64,000 bases of DNA from Phyllobates terribilis. Lineage: Eukaryota. The stretch is from NCBI RefSeq assembly GCF_046119375.1, contig NW_027362767.1, positions 425,754,001-425,818,000 of the forward strand. The letters are read 5' to 3'. Shown piece by piece: positions 1 to 28,601 of the stretch (position 1 is the first letter of the stretch; every line of letters starts with the position of its first letter). The notes below the pieces were generated by a model. That model was given only the letters and a program-made list of their open reading frames with translations. It ran no database searches and was not told the DNA's origin. The position numbers were made by a program, and so were the translations under genes.

Positions 1-173
1 TGGGTTGTAAAGGGGTTAAAGGGAATATGGAGTATTTTACAGAAGGGGGTATAGCTGGCACTGAAGTGGGCGCCTGTCCTGAGCAGACGAGGGGAGTCTC
101 CGGCACGGGGCGAGTATGATTGTGTCTGCGGGGCGTGCACTTCCTCCCCTCACAATCCCTCTCCTCTCTGCAG

Positions 174-232
174 GGCACAACATGAGATTATTCAGCCCGG
201 ACAGCGGCGACTGGACATTCACACTTGTCACA
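174..232 (+). other. egfl8: Candidate upstream (5' UTR or N-terminal) exon of egfl8
   Basis: Pyrimidine tract ctcctctctgcag acceptor and CA|gtgagt donor. Contains an ATG at 182 that would be in frame with ATG 1563 after splicing to 1545. Confidence 0.5.
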
Positions 233-1315
233 GTGAGTGCATTCATACCGCTACCTACATCCCGTATTATCCGCTACTACCGATGTAGCAGAGCTGGGCT
301 CTCCTGCAGTCCTATGTAAAATCCCAGCTCTGCTACATCTCAATGTTTCCCATTTTTGACTTTTTTTATTTCCACTGTATAATTTTTTGACATTTTTTGC
401 CATCATTGATTGTAATGTTATTACGTGCCAATATTCTAGATTCTTGTAGGGGAGAATATCTCCATAATACGGGGCGAGTACACGGGTACAGTGCGGACTC
501 ATATCCTACGGCAGTGTTCACACAGGGCATTTTTCCTATTTTTTTCCAGTACAATCTTATTACAATATTTTTCTTTTTTGTTGCATTTTTCACTATTTTT
601 TGCTTTTTGCCTTGGTTTTTGTTACTACAGCGCAGCTCACAAAACACAAGCGTCTGACTTAATTGTGATTTTGCTTCAGTCATTAATATGTGAAGAGGAC
701 GGGAAACACAATAACTACAAAAATGAGGCCCCTTTCAGGAGCTTCCTGACCCCAGCACACCGCTAACCACCTGTAGCAGGAGGGTCCGGTGCCCACATCC
801 CATTATTAGAGCGGGGTCTCATCAAATGCCAAAATTAGGGTCAAAATCACCTTTTTGGGGGCTCCCGGGGGCCCCATTGTGAATTTATAAAAAATAATAT
901 TTTTTTTCAGATTTTTTTTATTTTTCCTTTTTAATGTCCTGGGTGAAGCTTTTTCCCCCCGATCCGCGGCTTGTTCGCCCGTTGCCCACGTGGCTTCCTC
1001 TTCACAGTGATCCCTCTGGTTTCCACATGTGAACAGAGCAGGAAATAGAGGACCGAGAAGGGAAAAGATGTTGATAAGGAAAGTACATTTTCCATTTTGC
1101 AAAGTTTTTGATGTTTTCCCAGTGTCGATGTCAGTGACAGATCCCGAACCGCTCGGACCTCCGACCATTGTATTCACAGCTGCACCCCCTATGGGCCACG
1201 TATTTATGTGGGGCCCCTGTGTATGTGATCCGGGCCCTTACTATCAGATATATTGTGGGTTCTCAATAGATTACTATTAGGCTATATACTATAAAACACC
1301 AATAGAATTCACTGT

Positions 1316-1497
1316 ACAATCGCTTAAAGAGCAATTCCCAAGCGGTGCATAATGCGCTGACTACGACCACATTATACAATCGCTTAAAGAGCAATTCCCA
1401 AGCGGTGCATAATGCGCTGACTATGACCACATTATACAATCGCTTAAAGAGCAATTCCCAAGCGGTGCATAATGCACTGACTACGACTACATTATAG
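1316..1497. repeat. 60-bp tandem repeat, ~3 copies
   Basis: acaatcgcttaaagagcaattcccaagcggtgcataatgc recurs at a 60-nt period. Confidence 0.9.
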
Positions 1498-1562
1498 AGT
1501 ATTTACAGCACTACTCCACCCCTTATTTCTATCATTATTCATAGGTGGGTCCAGCAGTCACA

Positions 1563-17938
<16,376 letters not shown>

Positions 17939-18864
17939 CCCCTTAAACCCATAAATTATTTATATCCCCCCTATGGAACACACTTATTTATGGCCCCTTT
18001 TTCCTATTTATAACCCTTATTCCTTTACGTCATGTCTTCATAATCAACAAATACTATTTGTATATAAAATGGATTTCTGGGAGATTCATATAGAGTATAA
18101 CTCGGTATCGGTGCTCAGTGGGGTCCATCTGGCGCTTATGGGGTCCGTCGTGTAATGGATCTATCCCTGCCCTCACGGGATCCAGTAACGATGGGGCAAA
18201 GAGCCACCTCCGAGCGGTAAGACGCCTCTGACGTGTAGTAACCTGCTATCGGCACCTCGCGGACCTCCGGATACTTCCGACTCCATTCCTCAAGAATGAC
18301 CACAACCTTGTAGAAGACGGAACAATCCTACACGAGGGCAGCTGTTATTCTTACTTGATCTGAACAGTTTTGGAGACAGCTGGGTACACGAGCTCGGGTA
18401 TCTCCGACCGCGCCATAGAGAATGAATGGAGCGGGGCGGCCCCTTGATCTAGATCAAGATCTATGGCAGCTTCTGGTTGGATTTTACGGCCTCCAATCTG
18501 TCTCTTCATCGGGTCCAGAGGTGCACCCTGTTTTTTTGTTTTGTACAAAAATGTTAGTTTTTTTAACCAAAGTCAAAAGTAAGTTTAAAGGAGATTATAA
18601 GGGGCGACAGACCGTACGTTTCCCCTTCCTGCTGGATCCCCTTATGGCTTTGGCTCAAAAAAAGTGCATCAAAAATTGTAGTGGAATTTTTCTAAAAACA
18701 GAATTTGATCCCATTCTTAAAAATACCAATTTCTTCTAGCTTGCAGCAGTGGAAACTGCAACCGGCCCGGCCTTCACTTACTACAGAAATGGCTCAAGAT
18801 CAGCAGACTGGGAGCCGTTCTTAGGCCCCATTCACACCTCCGGATACAAACAGTACCGGGAAAA

Positions 18865-20190
18865 CCAGCATCAGTGTTTGGGATCAAGCGTCATCAGTAT
18901 GCGATCAGTGAATCATCAGTATGCCATCCATGTTGTGGATCAGTGTGCCATCAGTGTTTTGGATCAGTGTTTTGGATCAGTGTGCGATCAGTGTTTTGGA
19001 TCAGTGTTTTGGATCAGTGTGCCATCAGTGTGCCATCTGTGTTGTGGATCAGTGTGCCATCAGTGTTTTGGATCAGTGTTTTGGATCAGTGCGCCATCAG
19101 TGTTTTGGATCAGTGTACCATCAGTGTTTTGGATCAGTGTGCCATCTGTGTTGTGGATCAGTGTGCCATCAGTGTTTTGGATCAGTGTTTTGGATCAGTG
19201 TCCTATCAGTATTTTGGATCAGTGTCCCATCAGTGTTTTGGATCAGTGTGCCATCAGTGTTGTGGATCAGTGTCCTATCAGTATTTTGGATCAGTGTCCC
19301 ATCAGTGTTTTGGATCAGTGTGCCATCAGTGTTTTGGATCAGTGTTTTGGATCAGTGTCCTATCAGTATTTTGGATCAGTGTCCCATCAGTGTTTTGGAT
19401 CAGTGTGCCATCAGTGTTGTGGATCAGTGTCCTATCTGTGTTTTGGATCAGTGTCCTATCAGTGTGTTGGATCAGTGTGCCATCAGTGTGTTGGATCAGT
19501 GTGCCATCAGTGTTTTGGATCAGTGTGCCATCAGTGTTTTGGATCAGTGTGCCATCAGTGTTTTGGATCAGTGTCCTATCAGTGTTTTGGATCAGTGTGC
19601 CATCAGTGTTTTGGATCAGTGTGCCATCAGTGTTTTGGATCAGTGTCCTATCAGTGTTTTGGATCAGTGTGCCATCTGTGTTTTGGATCAGTGTCCTATC
19701 AGTGTTTTGGATCAGTGTCCTATCAGTGTTTTGGATCAGTGTCCCATCAGTGTTTTGGATCAGTGTGCCATCAGTGTTTTGGATCAGTGTGCCATCAGTG
19801 TTTTGGATCAGTGTCCTATCAGTGTTTTGGATCAGTGTGCCATCAGTGTTTTGGATCAGTGTGCTATCAGTGTTTTGGATCAGTGTCCCATCAGTGTTTT
19901 GGATCAGTGTGCCATCAGTGTTTTGGATCAGTGTGCCATCAGTGTTTTGGATCAGTGTCCTATCAGTGTTTTGGATCAGTGTGCCATCAGTGTTTTGGAT
20001 CAGTGTGCTATCAGTGTTTTGGATCAGTGTCCCATCAGTGTTTTGGATCAGTGTGCCATCAGTGTTTTGGATCAGTGTCCTATCAGTGTTTTGGATCAGT
20101 GTGCTATCAGTGTTTTGGATCAGTGTCCCATCAGTGTTGTGGATCAGTGTCCTATCAGTGTTTTGGATCAGTGTCCCATCAGTGTTGTGG
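18865..20190. repeat. 24-bp satellite (catcagtgttttggatcagtgtgc), resuming at 23102-23221 after the L2 insertion
   Basis: 8-aa periodic ORFs (GSVCHQCF); the same unit occurs on both sides of the LINE. Confidence 0.95.
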
Positions 20191-23103
20191 TAACCTCTCC
20201 TGCTGCACTTTCGTACGGCGGATTCCACCTCTCCCATACCCCCCGCCCCAACGGCAAGCACGGTGGAGGAATAGGTTTCCTCCTCTCAGAAAACTGCTCC
20301 TTCACCCAGATCCCACTGCCGCCCGCAATTACTCTCCCGTCTTTTGAAGTGCACGGTGTGCGCATCTACTCCCCCTCCAACCTCCAACTGGCTGTCATCT
20401 ACCGCCCCCCAGGAACAGCCACCACTTTCTTTGACCACTTCACCACCTGGCTACTTCATTTCCTCTCTGTTGACATCCCCACTATCCTCATGGGCGACTT
20501 TAACATCCCCATTGATACTCCCTCTCAGCTGCCTCTAAGCTTCTATCCCTCACTTCCTCCTTTGGTCTTACCCAGTGGTCTTCCACACCCACCCACAAAG
20601 ACGGCCACACGCTGGACCTCATCTTCACCCGCCTCTGTTCCCTATCTAACCTCTCTAACTCACCTCTCCCTCTCTCTGACCACAACCTACTCACATTCTC
20701 TTCTCTCTCCTCCCCGGGGCAACAATCCCCACTCCACAAACTTGAATACCCTCGTAGAAATCTCAAACACCTTGACCTACACTCTCTCTCTGAATCCCTC
20801 CTCCCTCTTACAGACATTAGTTCCTTACATGATGCAGATGCTGCTGCCACTTTATACAACACCACAACAGCTGCAGCTCTCGATTCGGTCGCCCCCCTCA
20901 TGCATACCAAGACTCGCACAATCAACAGACAACCCTGGCACACCAGCCTAACTAAAGAACTGCGACGGGCCTCCAGGGCTGCTGAACGTAGATGGAAAAG
21001 GTCCCACTCCCATGAGCACTTCATCGCATTCAAACAGTCCCTCACTACCTTCAAGTCCACACTCACTGCAGCAAAACAAACATACTTCACATCTCTCATA
21101 TCCTCCCTGTCCCACAACCCCAAACAACTATTCAACACCTTCAATTCTCTCCTCTGTCCCCCAGTGCCTCCTCCCTCTCCTCTTATTTCAGCCGAAGACT
21201 TTGCCTCATTCTTCAAGCAGAAGATTGACACCATCAGACAAAGCTTTTGCCTAAAGCCCCCACAGCCCCTCCCTACACCTACTCAACCCTCCTCCTCCAA
21301 AACTACATTCTCCACCATTTCTGAAGATCAACTTTCCTCCTTACTCTCCAAATCACACCTCACCACCTGTAAACTTGACCCAATCCCGTCCCACCTCATC
21401 CCAAACCTTACCACTATCTTCATCCCAGCCCTAGCCCACCTCTTCAACCTGTCACTAACAACTGGTGTCTTCCCCTCATGTTTCAAACATGCCTCAATCA
21501 CACCCATCCTCAAAAAGCCCTCCCTTGACCCATCCTCTGTGTCTAGCTATCGCCCCATATCACTTCTCCCCTATGCCTCAAAACTACTGGAACAACATGT
21601 CCATTCTGAACTGTCCTCCCACCTCTCCTCCTGCTCCCTCTTTGACCGCCTACAATCTGGTTTCCGACCGCACCATTCTACTGAAACTGCACTGACTAAA
21701 GTCACAAACGACCTACTAACCGCCAAATCTAAGCGACACTACTCTGTCCTCCTCCTCCTAGACCTGTCATCTGCCTTTGACGCAGTGGACCATTCCCTCT
21801 TACTACAGACTCTCTCATCTCTCGGCATCACAGACTTGGCCCTAACCTGGATCTCCTCATACCTAACAGACAGGACATTCAGTGTCTCCCACTCACACAC
21901 CACCTCTTCATCTCGCCCCCTATCTGTCGGTGTCCCCCAAGGTTCAGTTCTAGGACCCCTGCTCTTCTCCATCTACACCTTAGGCCTGGGACAGCTCATA
22001 GAGTCTCATGGGTTTCATTATCACCTCTATGCTGATGACACACAGATCTACCTCTCTGGACCTGATATCACCTCCGTATTAACCAAAATCCCACAATATC
22101 TGTCTGCTATTTCATCCTTCTTCTCTGCTAGATTTCTAAAACTTAACATGGACAAAACAGAATTCATCATCTTTCCGCCATCTCATTCAACCCTCCCAAC
22201 TGACCTATCCATCATAGTCAATGGCTGCCCACTCTCCCCAGTCCCTCAAGCTCGCTGCCTCGGGGTAACCCTGGACTCGGAACTCTCCTTCAAAACACAT
22301 ATCCAAGCCCTTTCCACTTCCTGCCGACTCCCAACTTAAAAATATCTCCCGGATCCGCACATTCCTAAACCATGAATCTGCAAAAACACTAGTGCACGCC
22401 CTCATCATCTCCCGCCTTGACTACTGCAACCTCCTGCTCTGTGGCCTCCCCTCTAACACTCTCGCACCCCTCCAATCTATCCTAAACTCTGCTGCTCGAC
22501 TAATCAACCTGTCCCCCCGCTATTCCCCGGCCTCTCCTCTCTGTCAATCTCTTCACTGGCTCCCCATTGCTCAGAGACTCCAGTTCAAAACCCTAACCAT
22601 GACATACAAAGCCATTCACAACCTGTCTCCTCCATATATCTCCGACCTAGTCTCCCGTTACATACCTGCACGCAACCTCCGATCCTCACAAGATCTCCTG
22701 CTCTACTCCCCTCTTATCTCCTCCTCCCACAACCGTATACAAGATTTCTCCCATGCTTCCGCCCTACTCTGGAACTCTCTACCCCAACGTATCAGACTCT
22801 CGCCTACCGTGGAAACCTTCAAAAGGAACCTGAAGACCCATCTCTTCCGACAAGCCTACAACCTGCAGTAACCACCGCTCCACCATACCGCTGCACGACC
22901 AGCTCTACCCAGACCTACTGTATCCTCACCCATCCCTCGTAGATTGTGAGCCCTCGCGGGCAGGGTCCTCGCTCCGCCTGTACCAGTCGCTGTCACATTG
23001 TGTTCAAGATTATTGAAATTGTTCTTGTATTATACCCCCTTTTTCACATGTAAAGCGCCATGGAATAAATGGCGCTATAATAATAAATAATAATAATAAT
23101 AAT
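20191..23103 (+). mobile_element. 5'-truncated L2-clade LINE with a frameshifted ORF2 (partial endonuclease plus RT)
   Basis: EN motifs GGGIGFLL, YRPP and GDFN. RT motifs [23 protein letters not shown] and YADD (22028-22039). Frame breaks near 20520, 20900 and 22335. L2-type stem-loop end plus (TAA)n tail. Confidence 0.92.
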
Positions 23104-24558
23104 CAGTGTGCCATCAGTGTTTTGGATCAGTGTGCCATCAGTGTTTTGGATCAGTGTCCCATCAGTGTTTTAGATCAGTGTGCCATCAGTGTTTCGGATC
23201 AGTGTGGCATCAGTGTTTTTTACAGACACATAGACCTTTATTGGCCTTTATCATCGGAGCTTCTGATACAAATGCAGAGCAGCGTAAGTTATAATTCGAG
23301 ATGAGTGAACCGGAGCCGTGAAGTTCGAGGTTCGTACCGGACACCGAGTGTCAGAGAGATAGAGATAGATAGATACCATTTTACAACACCAAAGTTCAGA
23401 TACCCATTGACTTCTATGGGGTTCCGATTCAAGTCTGGGTACAGTTTTGGTACCGCGGTACCAGAACTGAACTTTGGAGTGAAGTTTGCTGGCACCTGAG
23501 TTTCCACGGGTCGGCTCGTCCCAGTTATGTTTTCGTGCGGCATTTGTGTAAAGAGCGGATGTCGGGCTCAGTGCACACACAGACGTGTGAAGGATCTGGG
23601 TGCGTTCCTGTGTAACATTACAATGGACGGGAGAAACTTTGGTAAATATGTTAAAAAAATATTGCAATCAGCGATCATTTAGGTCGGGTGATGTAAATGC
23701 AGTTTAAGGCGAAGTTCACATGGAGTTTTGAAGGGGGGAAAAAAAGTGAAGTTTTTCAAGCAGAATCCGCTACAGGGTGCACTTTTTTTTTTGGACGTTT
23801 TGAAGAGTCGTTTTCCCACAGTCTTTGCAGACTTTGGACTTGACAGTGTCACGTTTGGAGGAATCAGCTTCAAAGACGTGACGTCACAATCCACGCTACA
23901 CATGGAAATTTGCTGCGGATTTTTCCTTCCAGTGTGGACACAAGGTGGCGCTCTGTTCTGCCGAAGAGAGGACGATCCTGCGAAGGTGCATCGGCACGTG
24001 ACCACCTCATTAAAGAGAACTGTGTATGTCCGCCATTGTATGTCGATGGCGTTCTCGGGTCAGAAGCCTCCTGCTCCCATAAATCGCTCCTTTGTCTGAA
24101 GGCTGCTGCTGCCGCTGATCTCCAGCCCAATCTCTCATAAGGGTGGTATGGTCGCCCAGTCACACGTCTGGAGTTTCCACTTTCTTCCTTTCCCTCTCGC
24201 CATGTGCTGGCCGGTGATAAGGAACATATGCAGAATTACTCACGCCTTCTCCTCCCTTCCTGAGTCGGGGGGAGGCTGGGTGCGCCCCGTGTAAGGTGCT
24301 TATCCAGATCCCACCCTTCCCGCTGCTGTAAACACCACACAACTTCCCGCAGCGATGGCTCATTGGGAAATGGCGGATCTCTCCGGCTCACACGTCCCGG
24401 CACAGGTGCACGCTCCTCACAGAGCAAAACGCAAGGTGCCAAGCTGGGCACGGCGCGCAGGAAACAAAACATTTACACTACTTCTTTTAGAATTTCCCAT
24501 TATACAGGGAGGCAAAGACCACGCGTTTTGGCAAAGAGATTATTTAGGTGAAGTAGTG

Positions 24559-24847
24559 ACCAAGATCCTATCCCAAAATGTAGCAGGTATAATAATATTA
24601 GCAAAGACCTAAAATTAGAAATGTAGTATAGTTCTTCTGATTTGCTATGTCACTTACCCCATGTGCGGGGTATTACAGTAGATTAGGTATCCATGGTAAT
24701 GACTCATTACCATGGATACCTAAGCTACTGCAATGTCCTGCAGATGGCGTAAGCGACATAGCAAATCAGAAGAACTATACTACATTTCTAATTTTAGGTC
24801 TTTGCTAATATTATTATACCTGCTACATTTTGGGATAGGATCTTGGT
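24559..24847. repeat. 289-bp near-perfect palindrome (foldback/MITE-like)
   Basis: Symmetric about 24703; outer ~99-bp arms and inner ~30-bp arms match in reverse complement. Confidence 0.9.
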
Positions 24848-25856
24848 AATGGGAATACTCCTGTAAACCCCATTTAGACGTCTGTTTTTCACACTACTCC
24901 TATCCGTCCTTTCCATGGATAAAACAAGTACCAGTTACAATCTATGCAAACCAAGTAGTGCACGAAAGAAAAATGAAAAATTGCAACGGATAAATCGCTT
25001 TCCAAGCGCTGATGAAAATGCACATGAGAAAAATCCTAACACTTCCTACTGGGTAATCCACATCAGGCTTTGGCTCAAAAATTATACCAAAAATTCCAGT
25101 TACGTTTTAGCCTTACGCCGCTTTCTAACAGGATTTTTGAAAAAAAAAATCCACCTAATCTACATTTCATATAAAGTGCCAAAAATTGCTTACAAAAATT
25201 GCTTGAAAGACCCGGCCTATTCATTTCTATTGTGCAATCACTTCAGGGGAAAAAAAAAAAAAAAAAAAGCTTCTACACAAACTTCCCGGAGGAGGAACGT
25301 TTCTTGCTTTTAGCAGTTTCCACTTGCAAAACACATTTTTAACTATCTCAATAAAGCTGTGCGCACGTATCGCACGTTGATCACTATTTTCTTTCTGCCC
25401 CAAACCCTGCGCTCAGACGTTCGCTCATTGTCAATGGAGAAGCGGGAGGATTGGCATTTCTTCAGGCCGGTTGTGGCATTTTTCTTCCATAGATCTCCTT
25501 TGTTTTGATTTTTTTTTAAAAAGCATTTGTATTGCATTTTTGCTATAATAAATCATGTGGCTTTGTGGGGAATTGTAGCATCATATGACCGATGGCGCAC
25601 AGGACTTATAATGTTTAAAATGTATGTAAAAAGCACAGAAATAGTGTTATAACCCTGTACTAATGCATTTATCACCCGTTCGTGTGGCCATATTAGATTC
25701 ATTTCTTTAATCCCTGTGACCTACACAGTGCAGCGACCATAAGAGGCCGTGGTGCGTTTGCGCCCTCGCATGGTGGAATCAGGTACTGCTTCACTGAATA
25801 AGCGGCCCATAGAAAGGCACCATAGGATTATACTTATTTACATCCATGTACGGCCT

Positions 25857-25945
25857 GGGGGCTAAGAGCGCAGGCCCCGGGGGGCTAAGAGCGCAGGCCC
25901 CGGGGGGCTAAGAGCGCAGGCCCCGGGGGGCTAAGAGCGCAGGCC
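25857..25945. repeat. 23-bp GC-rich tandem repeat, 4 copies
   Basis: Unit ggggggctaagagcgcaggcccc. Confidence 0.9.
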
Positions 25946-26376
25946 AGCAGTGCAAGTGAAGTGACCTATACATCAAAATTACAAGAATGTGGCCTCAGCC
26001 CCCTGGAAACCCCCACAACTATTATGTCCTGCTCAGTGGAATTACTTAGGGGGCATACACTAAGGAGGATCAAAACAAGGGGCATAAAGGAGGGCACTTG
26101 GAAAGTATATTGTGCATCTAGATCTATTGGGAGTATAATTGAGGGTAATATGGGTGCTGTACAGTAATATTTTTCACTGCTGAGCGTAAGCCTGCTGTAT
26201 ATTATTCCGAAAAAAAAATAAAAGGGATCGTCCACATTGGGCAACAGTTGTTTTTTTACCGTAAATACTTGTATTTGGGTCTAAAACTCACATTTGTAAT
26301 TGGGCTTCATTTGAAATTTTGCACCATTTATCTTCTATAGACTGTTGCACCGTCTTTTGCTGGCTGCAGAACAAGC

Positions 26377-26866
26377 TAGAGAGGACCTGTCACCATCTCA
26401 AAAACATCGAGTTCAATCTCTGAGCTCCCCTGATTCTGCCGCTTTTTTCCGTTTTGAGTTGTGTCGCTCCACTCTAGAGATATTCATATTTTTGTCTTCT
26501 GGAGCGCAGCATGTGAAATCTCTGCTTGCAGCCAAGTGGGCGTTTCTCCAGAGTCTTCTCTGGGGCAGCAATATCACTCCTCCCTCCCAGACTCCACCAA
26601 TCACACCTAGAGCTGGACTGACTGCTAAGTCAGCTGACAGCATCTGGCAGGGAGAGGTGTCAGTGCACATCCCAGAGAAGAGTCGGGGAGAAACGCCCAG
26701 TTGCACTACAGAGATTTCACATGCTGCGCTCCAGAAGACAAATGTGAATATCTCTGCAAAGGAGCGATGCAAGGAAAAATGGAAAAAAACATCAGTCATG
26801 AGAGCTCAGGGATAATTACAAAGTATTTAACGAAGATTTTATGAGCAAGTGACAAGTCCTCTTTAA
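26377..26866. mobile_element. MITE with long imperfect inverted arms
   Basis: agagaggacctgtcac...gtgacaagtcctctttaa termini; inner match gagatattcatatttttgtcttctggagcgcagcatgtgaaatctctg. Confidence 0.7.
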
Positions 26867-28443
26867 CCGAGAAACCGCCAGCTCATTCTAATGGTCTGAT
26901 GAGAGTTTTTAACGCTCTTCTCTGTAATTTAGCTCCTCTCAGACCACATCAAAGTTAAAAGCGCAGGAAACAAAGAGCCTGTAAAATAAGAATGGTGCAA
27001 ATTTTTTAATGAAACCTAATAGCAGAAATGATTTTTGGTCCTAAATACATGTACTTAAATAGGAAAAGAAAAAATATCCCCCAACCCCTTTAACAATAGC
27101 CATGATGGACCACCCAGGTGGCAGCAATGTGTCTCATCCTGAGAGTTAGCAGCACGCCAGCAGACTTCCCATATAGAGGATAGAGATGGCCGTACGTCTT
27201 CATACTTCTTCTCAGGACATAAATTATTCACGTCATCGTCTACCAGGTAATGAAAAATCCAGAGAAAGAACGAACAGACGCACCGGTGACCCAGAAAAAT
27301 TTGTGCAATGCTAATTCACATATACAGGACAGGAGATTAATATGCCCCTCCCGCCCGCGCAACATCCCACCCCACGTCATACCCACAAGACATCCTCTTC
27401 CCACTAATCGATAGCTATGAACACATTGGCACGTGTAACTCTTCCACGCCTCGCACTAGTACATGAAAAAGTACGTGGAAACGGGAGGCAGATATGAGGA
27501 CGAAGAAGGTGTCAGGCCGCGGAGTAACAAAACATGGATATTCTCAGGCCACAAGACAGGAATCCGGGGAGAGTCTGAAAGTTGCGGGTCGGTGGTTGCG
27601 GAGTGATGGGAGCGTGGGAAGAGGCAATAGGGGGAAGGGCGAGAGGCCACAGTTTTGGGCAGATCAGTTCCATGGTTCCTGCCCCCATTCCAAGTCCGTA
27701 AAGAGATGGAGGGCTGAAGAGGGCAATGCCGGGCATCCTTCACCCTATATAACTGGCCGACCCCATTCCTGGCTGAACAGAGAGCGAGAGGGAAGACGGT
27801 GAGGACTGCGGACAGTCAACGAGGAGAGAGGAGAGCGCAGTACCGGCCGGACATTAATAAATATAATTACACAGTTAAGGCACCCCCTCCGAAATCTCAC
27901 CCGCGGCTCTACGTACTGACAACCCGCCTCCTTCCCGCTAATGGAATGTCGTCCGATCCTCGTTCCTAACCGGCCACGTCCTTCATTTAACCCTGCGGTA
28001 TCTGGATGACCACATTCTTCATCCCTGCATCTCTCTTCGACCCCCTAATAACTGTATGACCCCCTAACCCTCCCCTTCTGACAGTCCCTATATTTCACTC
28101 TCTAGGTAAACATGGAGGTCCTCCGGCTGACAACGTCGTCATCGCCTTTCGGGTGACATTCTACGTCCTTGTCGGTTTGGAGGGAATGTTTATCTTCTCT
28201 TGGTTACCCCAAAAAAAAAAATAATGTTCTACAGTCCTATACAAGTTTCCACTCTCCTCCCGGCTCTTCACGTCGGTGGAGTCTCATCTATGGTCTTTGT
28301 TACGTGGTTCAATGGGATCCTTGAATGGCGATTTTGCTCTCTCCTCTCTCTCGGCATTGTACCTCTTTTGGATGGATCCTGAATGGGGGATGGGGAGGTG
28401 GTACCCAGGCCAAGGAGGACAATGGAGGGCGATGGAAGGGGGA

Positions 28444-28601
28444 TCAATGTCCACCCCCAGGCTCCTTTCCTGGGCGTTCATTTGAAATGTGAGTTAATGT
28501 CTCAAGCATCAACCCTCGGACTTTATCGGCGAGGTCGGGGACGTCGTCAGCACACAGCCCCCTGGTGGGCACCCCCGGGAGGATCTGCACTGTACACTTT
28601 C
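28444..28601 (-). CDS. agpat1: agpat1 last coding exon ([40 protein letters not shown])
   Basis: ctctttcag acceptor. Matches the AGPAT1 C-terminal DDVPxLADxVR motif. Not in the ORF track; read by hand. Confidence 0.92.

Noticed and set aside
18130-18550. Coding-looking minus-strand stretch (DCSVFYKVVVILEEWSRKYPEV..)
   Set aside because: Adjacent to repeat-type motifs, the implied intron is only 27 nt, and no family was recognised.
18749-20951. Long Cys-rich ORFs (532, 439, 676 and 311 aa)
   Set aside because: They are translations of a stop-poor 24-bp satellite, open in several frames on both strands; only the tail of one is L2 endonuclease.
28106-28225. Plus-strand exon-like segment encoding a TM-like peptide (..VVIAFRVTFYVLVGLEGMFIFSWLPQKKK*)
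   Set aside because: No upstream partner exons or recognisable homology; it lies antisense in the probable agpat1 3' UTR and is likely chance.
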